Part shown: positions 41,761 through 48,539 of the stretch, piece by piece
How the letters are laid out: every line of letters begins with the position of its first letter
Numbering within the stretch: position 1 is the first letter of the stretch
Assembly: GCA_965223005.1 (NCBI GenBank)
Contig: CBDCVK010000002.1
Location: 320,001 to 384,000, forward strand
Direction of reading: 5' to 3'
Source: Terriglobia bacterium
GTDB lineage: Bacteria; Acidobacteriota; Terriglobia; JAJPHL01; JAPKYU01
DNA length: 64,000 bases
Made by a program: the position numbers and the translations under genes
Notes under the pieces: model-generated
Database searches by the model: none
Seen by the model: the letters and a program-made list of their open reading frames with translations, nothing else
What the model was told of the DNA's origin: nothing

Positions 41761-42201
41761 TCATTCCCGCCCAGATGGTTCTGCTTGCTTCGTTTTGGGA
41801 ATGTCGCGGAGCAGTTCGAGGATATGGCCGCGCAGTTCATCACGGGCGCGACGGAAAGCCTGCCGCACCTGTTCGGGCGATCCCGTGCTGGCGGCCGGGT
41901 CGTCCACCGGCCAATGCAGCCGGCGCACGTTGCCCGGAAACACGGGGCACTCGCGCGCCGCATTGTCGCAAACGGTTATGGTCAGATCTGGATCGGCCGG
42001 CACCTCGACCAGTCCTTTGGAGCGCTGGCCGGAAATGTCCCGCCCCAACTCGGCCATCACGGCGACCGCGTGCGGATTCAAGCCCACGGGTCGCGTCCCG
42101 GCGCTGTAGACCTGCCAGTCGGCCGGCCCGAGCGTCCGCAAGAGTCCCTCGGCCATCTGGCTGCGCGCCGAATTGCCGGTGCAAAGAAACAGGACTCTCA
42201 T
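41761..42201 (-). CDS. arsC: Thioredoxin-type arsenate reductase (LMW-PTP fold)
   Basis: LFLCTGNSARSQMAEG P-loop, SAGT, TVCDNAARECPVFPG redox Cys pair, HW..DDP. Confidence 0.88.
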   Translation of the reverse strand: MRVLFLCTGNSARSQMAEGLLRTLGPADWQVYSAGTRPVGLNPHAVAVMAELGRDISGQRSKGLVEVPADPDLTITVCDNAARECPVFPGNVRRLHWPVDDPAASTGSPEQVRQAFRRARDELRGHILELLRDIPKTKQAEPSGRE

Positions 42202-42235
42202 TCGTGGTAATCCCCTTCTCTGGGCAGTATATCTT

Positions 42236-42286
42236 CAGGAGGCACACTGCGACAGGAGGCACAGTGCGACAGGAGGCACACTACAG
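42236..42286. repeat. 3 x 17-bp tandem direct repeat upstream of arsC
   Basis: caggaggcacactgcga / caggaggcacagtgcga / caggaggcacactacag. Confidence 0.9.
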
Positions 42287-42341
42287 CGCGCCGCTGGAGT
42301 CGCTGCTGCTGACCCCTGGGCGTCCGCAGGAATCCGATCTT

Positions 42342-42875
42342 CTATTCCGACTGATCCACGGACGTCCAGCGCTCGACGCTTAGCCCCGGCGGTTTGTCAG
42401 CGTGCGAGGGATGCAGCTTTCCGGAGACGCGCAGCCGCTTTCCCAGCAGGTCGCGGCGCTTCCTGATTTCGTCAATTTTTGCACCGCCAGCCAGGACGAA
42501 TTGCCGCGGCCGGCCCGGCATCACAAGCAACAGCAACTCGTCTTCTAGGGTGAGAGTTCCGGCCGCAGTTACCTCGATTTCCCGTGGCGAGAAGCCGGCA
42601 TCTCTTATGGCTTTGGGAATCCTGGTCGGGTCGAAGCTTTTGTCCTTCGCCGGCAGCACGATCCCCTGGCCGCTTTTCAGCTCTACCTTGACTTTGCCGA
42701 CGCCTTCCAGGCGCCGCAGGGCCTTTTCGGCCCCGTAGGCTCAAAGCGGTCAAACCATCCCGTCTATTCGCACTGCGGCCTTTTCGATTTGTGCGGCCAA
42801 GGGCACCGCCTCCGTGAGCCAGAATACGCTCAAAAGCGCCGCCGAAAAGATTGTCCTCCGAACCTTGCTGTTCAT
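42342..42875 (-). CDS. Predicted exported HMA-domain (MerP/CopZ-like) selenoprotein with UxxU motif (Sec42, Sec45), 177 aa
   Basis: AGGAGG SD and ATG at 42875 (ATGA overlap with the NHL gene). Translation MNSKVRRTIFSAALLSVFWLTEAVPLAAQIEKAAVRIDGMV[TGA]PL[TGA]AYGAEKALRRLEGVGKVKVELKSG...IPKAIRDAGF is in frame with ORF 42342..42659. The TGAs at 42750-42752 and 42741-42743 occupy the Cys positions of GMxCxxC. Confidence 0.88.
42699..42740 (-). promoter_or_regulatory. Two tandem candidate bacterial SECIS hairpins immediately 3' of the UGA codons
   Basis: GGGGCC-GAAAA-GGCCCU (42718-42734; loop 21 nt after UGA1) and GGCGCC-UGGAA-GGCGUC (42699-42715; loop 31 nt after UGA2). Each has a G in the first two loop positions. 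Folded by eye. Confidence 0.6.
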
Positions 42876-43834
42876 TTCTGCCTCCTTGCCACCACCTGCA
42901 ACTTAATGATGCGGTTATTGGCAGCATCGCTGACGTAGAGAAATCCCTGCCCATCAACCGCCAGCCCCTGGGGCGACTGGAACTTCGGACCGGCGCGATC
43001 CGGCACGGACCATTCGGCCAGATAGTTGCCTTCCGCGTCGAGCCATTGCACACGGTAGTTGCCGCTATCGGCCACATGCAAGTACCCGTTCTCGTCCACC
43101 ACTACGTCGGTGGGGTCCTGAAACTGCCCGTGCCAAGTGCCTGAGGTTCCCCACGCTGCCAGAAACTTTCCCCCGGGATCAAACTTCTGCACACGGTAGT
43201 TGTGGGCGTCGGCGACATAGACGCTGCCGTCGGAAGAAATGGTGAGCTTGGCCGGATAGTGCAACTGCCCTTTCGCTTGCCCGTCCTCGCCCCAACTGGC
43301 GAGAAACTTCCCCTCCGTAGAAAATTTCTGCACCCGGTGGTTGTAGAACTCGGTGACGTACACATTGGCCTCCGCGTCCACCACCACACCGGCCGGCGCG
43401 GAGAATTCCCCGTGGCGCTGCCCAGGGCGGCCCCACTGGCGCAGCAAGAGCCCTTCCCGGTCAAACACCATCAGGCGATCAAGCATGAAGTCCACTACGA
43501 AGATTTCGTCCCTGGGGCCCACCGCGACGTCCACCGGCTTGCGTAACTCGCCGCGCCCCTCTCCGCACGCCCCCCAGGTGCGGAGAAATTGACCTGTGCT
43601 AGCAAATACTTGTACGCGGCAGTTCCCGGCGTCGGCCACGTAGACCGCTCCCTCCGAATCCACCGCTAAGCCTTGCACGCTGTCGAGCTGGCCCGGCCCC
43701 TTGCCGGGCGTACCCCATTGCGTCACCACGCGGTAGTGAGGCCCGGCGGGCGCAACCGGAGGCGCTGGTTCCTGGGTGCACGCCCCGAGCAAGGCGGCCA
43801 GCAAAGTCAGCAAGCTGAGCCTTGTCCGAATCAT
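42872..43834 (-). CDS. NHL-repeat (6-bladed beta-propeller) lipoprotein
   Basis: Lipobox LLGAC; six repeats of WG..G.G.GQ/E..P..VAVD..G.VYVAD..N.RVQ.F. Confidence 0.9.
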   Translation of the reverse strand: MIRTRLSLLTLLAALLGACTQEPAPPVAPAGPHYRVVTQWGTPGKGPGQLDSVQGLAVDSEGAVYVADAGNCRVQVFASTGQFLRTWGACGEGRGELRKPVDVAVGPRDEIFVVDFMLDRLMVFDREGLLLRQWGRPGQRHGEFSAPAGVVVDAEANVYVTEFYNHRVQKFSTEGKFLASWGEDGQAKGQLHYPAKLTISSDGSVYVADAHNYRVQKFDPGGKFLAAWGTSGTWHGQFQDPTDVVVDENGYLHVADSGNYRVQWLDAEGNYLAEWSVPDRAGPKFQSPQGLAVDGQGFLYVSDAANNRIIKLQVVARRQK

Positions 43835-44697
43835 TAGAACAACCAGCGGAAGCCAATGATGAAGCTCGAAGCGGGCTTGATTTGCGAGCCGTTCAGGTCC
43901 CGTCCGACCGGAATGGGCGAGGAGAATTCCAGCACCATGCGATTGGACACGATGAACTCAATTCCCGGCGAGAAGAATAGCAGGTTGCCGCCGGTGTCGG
44001 GCAGCTGCATGCCATTGAGCCGAGCCCGACGAACGTGTGCCCCGTTTAGCTCCAGCACGAGCATCACGCTGGGGATGCCCAGACCGTTGCGGGGCAGCAG
44101 GCGGTAGAGGTAGGCAAGGTCGTAGTTCCAGCTGTTACCCCGGCGGAGACCGTCGTTGCCGGTTGTCGTGTAGGTGAATTGGGTGTCAGCGATCAGCCAG
44201 TGGGGGTCGCGAATATGGGAAAAGATGAGCGCGCCGATGGGGTCGGTCGAGCCGGTGCCAAAGGCCCCCCCACTGGGCACCTTCAGCCCGATTTCCGGCG
44301 AGAGCCGAGTGTATCCCCCAGGAACCATTTTGCGCAGCAGGTCGTAGCGGGCGAACACGGCGCTATCGGCAAAGCTGGTGGTAGTAAAGTCGCGGGCGGG
44401 GAGGCTGGGTGCCTCGCTCTGGAGGCTCACCAGCGGGGCCACGAAGCTTAGGCTCAGATGGGGATAGGCGCCCCAGACAACCGCATAGGGATTGGTGGTG
44501 CGGCGCAACCGCAGCCCGGGCACCCCTTCGTCGAAGTTGTCGATGCGCACGAAGCTGCGGAACATCACCGCGCGGTTGAACAAGGTCCGTCCCGCTGAGG
44601 CAACGATCTGGGGCTGGGCCGTGGGACACAGGAACAGCCAGCAACCAAGCAGAGCGATCCTCGTCAGCGTGCGGCCCATATCCCCGGTTCGGTTCAT
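43834..44697 (-). CDS. Putative outer-membrane beta-barrel channel (MetA-pathway/'transporter'-like)
   Basis: Signal peptide; FADSAVFARY, GLKVPSG, GTGSTD, LELNG, DTGGNLLFFSPGI; amphipathic strands; C-terminal GFRWLF with terminal Phe. Confidence 0.7.
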   Translation of the reverse strand: MNRTGDMGRTLTRIALLGCWLFLCPTAQPQIVASAGRTLFNRAVMFRSFVRIDNFDEGVPGLRLRRTTNPYAVVWGAYPHLSLSFVAPLVSLQSEAPSLPARDFTTTSFADSAVFARYDLLRKMVPGGYTRLSPEIGLKVPSGGAFGTGSTDPIGALIFSHIRDPHWLIADTQFTYTTTGNDGLRRGNSWNYDLAYLYRLLPRNGLGIPSVMLVLELNGAHVRRARLNGMQLPDTGGNLLFFSPGIEFIVSNRMVLEFSSPIPVGRDLNGSQIKPASSFIIGFRWLF

Positions 44698-44893
44698 GCG
44701 TCACGCTCATCCCCCACCTGCAGCGCGCATCCGGACACTGGTAAACCCCACCTTGTTTCAGGGTATCACCGGCTTGGAGGAATCAGAAGGAGCTTACCGC
44801 GGCCGTAAGGTTCGAGAAGGATTTTTACCCGTGAGAAGAAGAGCCGTGCGCTAGCTGGGATTCCACCGCATCTGGTCGAGCGAAAGCAGGATG

Positions 44894-45151
44894 TCACGTG
44901 CGAGGAGAAGCGATGCGCCGAAGCACGTGCGGCGGTCCTTGGACCGGGATCTGGCCACCCTCCCGTTGGTCCAGCACCTTCCGGCGTTGGTCCAGCACCT
45001 TCCGGATAGTTACGCGCTGGCGCTCCAGAGTCCGCGATTGGTGCAGGTTCACACTTAAAAGCAGGGCCAGTGCTGCCAGCAGCATGGCGATCACAACCCA
45101 CTTGCCGCCGCACGGCTTCGACTTGATTCGTTTCAGTGTCGCTCCCAGCAT
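44894..45151 (-). CDS. Putative small single-TM protein with duplicated RKVLDQR
   Basis: MLGATLKRIKSKPCGGKWVVIAMLLAALALLLSVN...; starts 14 nt after the stop of the 41-aa ORF. Confidence 0.4.
   Translation of the reverse strand: MLGATLKRIKSKPCGGKWVVIAMLLAALALLLSVNLHQSRTLERQRVTIRKVLDQRRKVLDQREGGQIPVQGPPHVLRRIASPRT
44964..45005. repeat. Perfect 2 x 21-bp tandem duplication
   Basis: cgttggtccagcaccttccgg x2. Confidence 0.9.
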
Positions 45152-45164
45152 TTTTCCGGTCGCT

Positions 45165-45290
45165 TCATCTGCGCTTCCGACCGCTGGGGAGCAACCGCAG
45201 CACGCGGCCGTGATGCTCGGTTTGCTGGCGGAACCAGTAGACGGTGAGGCCAAAGCCAACCCAAATTGCTACCATCGCTATCGCAATCAT
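45165..45290 (-). CDS. Putative 41-aa membrane peptide
   Basis: GGGAGG/GGAG SD-like sequence upstream; MIAIAMVAIWVGFGLTVYWFRQQTEHHGRVLRLLPSGRKRR (one TM helix plus basic tail). Confidence 0.45.
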   Translation of the reverse strand: MIAIAMVAIWVGFGLTVYWFRQQTEHHGRVLRLLPSGRKRR

Positions 45291-45548
45291 TTCTCCGTTC
45301 CTCCCAGGTCTAGGTCCAGTCCGGTTTCTCCCGGCGTCCTGCTCGATGCGATCCACCGGGAACTGTTCTGGCCCTGTATACTCAGATGCACGCCAGACGA
45401 AGTGGGTTTCAGGCGAGAGGAACAGTCGAGTTTGAAAAGTCTTGTAACTCCTGTTCCCTCTGAAGCATCTCAGTGATCAGTCAGAAACAGAGGGAAATGC
45501 GCATCGACCCGGGTCGTCCGTGCGCATCCGGGTCGCCATGCATATACA

Positions 45549-47447
45549 ATGGTCGTTCAAGTGCTGACTTCCAGAGCGAACGTGCACCGCATCCTCTCCG
45601 CCTTCGTATTATTCCTGCTGTCGAGCCCGCTGCTGGCCCAGGAGCTGCGGCTTCCCCTCCAGGGAGACTCGCTGCGCTTCGCAGTCATCGGCGACGCTGG
45701 TACGGGCAAGCGAGCTCAATATGAGGTGGCCGAGCAGCTAGCGCTGTTTCACCGGAAATCTTCCTTCGAGCTGGTTTTGATGCTTGGAGACAACCTGTAC
45801 GGGGGAGAAGGTCCGGGCGATTATAAGAAGAAATTTGAACTGCCCTACAAGCCGCTCTTGGATGCTGATGTCAAGTTTTATGCTGCGCTGGGCAATCACG
45901 ACAATCCCAAACAGCGTTTTTATTCCCTGTTCAACATGGACGGCAAACGGTTTTACGAATTTCGGCCCGCGCCGCAAGTCCAGCTCTTTGCGCTCGACAG
46001 CACTCGCATGAACCAGGCTCAGTTGAGTTGGCTGGAGGAGGCGCTGCGTAGCTCCGGCAGTCGGTGGAAAATTTGCTTCTTCCACAAGCCGATCTATTCA
46101 TCCGGGAAAAGGCACGGCTCCTCAATGAAGCTGCGCCGAAAACTGGAACCGCTTTTTGTGAAGTACGGGGTCAATGTCGTCTTTGCCGGTCACGATCATG
46201 TCTACGAGCGGCTCAAGCCCCAGAACGGCATTTACTACTTTGTCAGTGGAGCTGCCGGAAAATTGCGCAAGGGGAACGTCCGTAGGACCAACTGGACTGC
46301 CAAAGCATTCGACACGGACCGTCATTTCCTGCTGGTGGAAATCGCGGGCGACAAACTGCATTTTCAGGCGGTTTCGAGGACCGGCGAAACCGTTGACTCT
46401 GGGGTCCTCGTGCACCCGGGTTCCGCGCCAGCTTCTGCTGAGGAGGTCGCCGCGGCTGGCCAGCGGCCCGCTCAGTCGTTGGCGCTACCTGGCGAGCGCC
46501 ATTTGAAGAACATCCGCCAGCTCACCTTCGGCGGCCAGAACGCGGAAGCTTATTTTTCGCCCGACGGCAAACGGATCATTTTTCAGGCCACCCGCGACGG
46601 CCTGAAGTGCGACCAAATCTTCATCATGAACACGGACGGGTCCGACGTGCGCATGGTCTCGACCGGCAAGGGGCGTACCACCTGCGGCTACTTTCTGCCC
46701 GACGGCAAGCACTTCCTCTACGCCTCCACCCACGAGGCCGGCACCGAGTGTCCCCCGCGGCCCGATCGCAGCCGCGGCTACGTCTGGCCGATCTATTCCG
46801 GCTACGATGTCTACCTGGCCCGCGATAACGGGAAAATCGTCCGCAAGCTGACCGACCAGCCCGGCTACGACGCCGAGGCCACGGTGAGCTGGGGCACTGG
46901 CAGGATCGTCTGGACGGCGCTGCGCGAGGGCGACCTGGACATGTATTCGATGGACCTGGCCGGGAAGCATGTGAAGCGACTGACGCACAAGCCGGGCTAC
47001 GATGGGGGCGCCTTCTATTCGCCTGACGGAACCAGGCTCGTCTGGCGCGCTCACCATCCCGCCGGCACCTCCGCCCTGGCCGACTACCGCAGCCTGCTGG
47101 ACCGGAACCTCACCGCTCCCATGAAGATGGAACTGTTCGTGGCTGATGCCGACGGCCTGAACCCGCGCCAAATCACTTCATTCGGCTGTGCCAGCTTTGC
47201 TCCGTTCTTCACCCCCGACGGCCGCAACATCATCTTCTCCTCCAACAAGAACCGCTGCGACAGCCGGTTTTTCGAGCTGTTTCTGGTGAACACGGATGGC
47301 AGCGGCCTGGAGCAGGTGACCCGCTCAGGCGGCTTCAATTCCTTCCCGGTGTTTTCCCCCGATGGCAAGAAGCTGCTGTTTGTGTCGGACCGCAACGCCC
47401 GCGAGCGTTACGAATTCAACATTTTTATTGCCGATTGGCAGCCCTAG
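45549..47447 (+). CDS. Exported calcineurin-like metallophosphoesterase fused to a TolB-like PD40 beta-propeller
   Basis: GDAG, GDNLY, GNHD, FHKP and GHDH motifs, then RQLTFGGQNAEAYFSPDG and further SPDG/TPDG repeats. Confidence 0.85.
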   Translation: MVVQVLTSRANVHRILSAFVLFLLSSPLLAQELRLPLQGDSLRFAVIGDAGTGKRAQYEVAEQLALFHRKSSFELVLMLGDNLYGGEGPGDYKKKFELPYKPLLDADVKFYAALGNHDNPKQRFYSLFNMDGKRFYEFRPAPQVQLFALDSTRMNQAQLSWLEEALRSSGSRWKICFFHKPIYSSGKRHGSSMKLRRKLEPLFVKYGVNVVFAGHDHVYERLKPQNGIYYFVSGAAGKLRKGNVRRTNWTAKAFDTDRHFLLVEIAGDKLHFQAVSRTGETVDSGVLVHPGSAPASAEEVAAAGQRPAQSLALPGERHLKNIRQLTFGGQNAEAYFSPDGKRIIFQATRDGLKCDQIFIMNTDGSDVRMVSTGKGRTTCGYFLPDGKHFLYASTHEAGTECPPRPDRSRGYVWPIYSGYDVYLARDNGKIVRKLTDQPGYDAEATVSWGTGRIVWTALREGDLDMYSMDLAGKHVKRLTHKPGYDGGAFYSPDGTRLVWRAHHPAGTSALADYRSLLDRNLTAPMKMELFVADADGLNPRQITSFGCASFAPFFTPDGRNIIFSSNKNRCDSRFFELFLVNTDGSGLEQVTRSGGFNSFPVFSPDGKKLLFVSDRNARERYEFNIFIADWQP

Positions 47448-47575
47448 CATGCTTCCTCCGCGGCGGCGAAGAAAGATCTGTCCACAGGCCTTGCCGATTT
47501 CGCTGGTCCGGTGGTTTGGCTCTGCGCAATCTGGCGACGATGAGCCCTTGGTTGATTTTCTTCGCTTCCGGGACT

Positions 47576-48259
47576 TTACTGGCGGAACAACAGCCACCCG
47601 AAGACTTGTGGGACGTGGAAATTCGGTTTCGAGGTGTAGGTGGGCTTCCAGGCGATTGAGCGGCGCGGCGGGCCGTGCTCGATGCGGAAGAAATTCAACC
47701 GCCACCGCGTTCCATCCGTAGGCGGGGGAACTTCGAAAGCCTTCAAGGGGATGGTCAGCTCCGCCCACCAGGTGTGCTTGGCCGAGTCAATGCGTGCTAC
47801 GCTGCGAATTCCGGAGTTCCAGGTTGCATCGTAGTTGTTGGTTTCGCGGTCAACGTGCACGTCGACCCACTCCCCCACCGGGCTCACCTGGAATGTCTTG
47901 TAGCGAAGCAGGTCGCTGGGATCGGGTGCGATGAGGACCAGGGCTACGTCAGAGGTGGTCGACAGTTGCTCTGTTTCTTTGGCTGTCCGCGGGTTCGGGC
48001 CGATGGTCACGCTGTCGAAGTCGCACTGGAACAGCAGCCACAGCTCGTCGGCAGTCCACAGGGCGCGGATAGTAGTTCTGTGGCCCACCAGCTCCTCGCC
48101 TCGCCAATTATGCTGGAAAACGACGGGCCTCGCCTTCTTCCACATGCCCTTGTCCGGACGCGCGCCCGGCGTCGCCTCTTTTTCCCAGAATCGTGCCTGG
48201 ATGACGTCTTGTGCCGAAGCGGGCACCAACAGCAACAAGAAAGCGATGACGAAGCGCAT
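47576..48259 (-). CDS. Carbohydrate-binding family 9-like (DOMON-like) exported protein
   Basis: Signal peptide; TTIRALW, FQVSPVG, WWAELTIP, WRLNFFR, NFHVPQVFG. Confidence 0.75.
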   Translation of the reverse strand: MRFVIAFLLLLVPASAQDVIQARFWEKEATPGARPDKGMWKKARPVVFQHNWRGEELVGHRTTIRALWTADELWLLFQCDFDSVTIGPNPRTAKETEQLSTTSDVALVLIAPDPSDLLRYKTFQVSPVGEWVDVHVDRETNNYDATWNSGIRSVARIDSAKHTWWAELTIPLKAFEVPPPTDGTRWRLNFFRIEHGPPRRSIAWKPTYTSKPNFHVPQVFGWLLFRQ

Positions 48260-48539
48260 TTCAAACAAGCCTTCAACGAGTATAGCACCTCGTTGTGGCC
48301 TTTGTGATGTAGCTGCGCCGGGAGTAGTTCTGCTTATGTAACCCTCGGGCCTTTTGCTGAATCGGCCTTTGCCGAATCGGATAGCTACCGCAATTCCTCC
48401 TAGGGATCCCGGTCTACATCGAATACTTCAAGGCCGGGCCATCGGCCCGCGCAGATGGCCTGGCTGGGCAGGTGGCGGGGCTGGTTGGACCGGGGCGGAT
48501 TGAAACCTCCACCGTAGCCCCAGAAGTTAGGAAGAGGCT

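Noticed and set aside
42236-42286. 17-bp repeats as a mini CRISPR array
   Set aside because: There are no spacers, the unit is too short, and no cas genes are present.
42342-42659. 105-aa ORF from the track as a stand-alone gene, or the locus as a nonsense pseudogene
   Set aside because: It is the C-terminal part of the 42342..42875 frame. The SD, signal peptide, intact HMA fold and two TGAs exactly at Cys positions favour Sec recoding.
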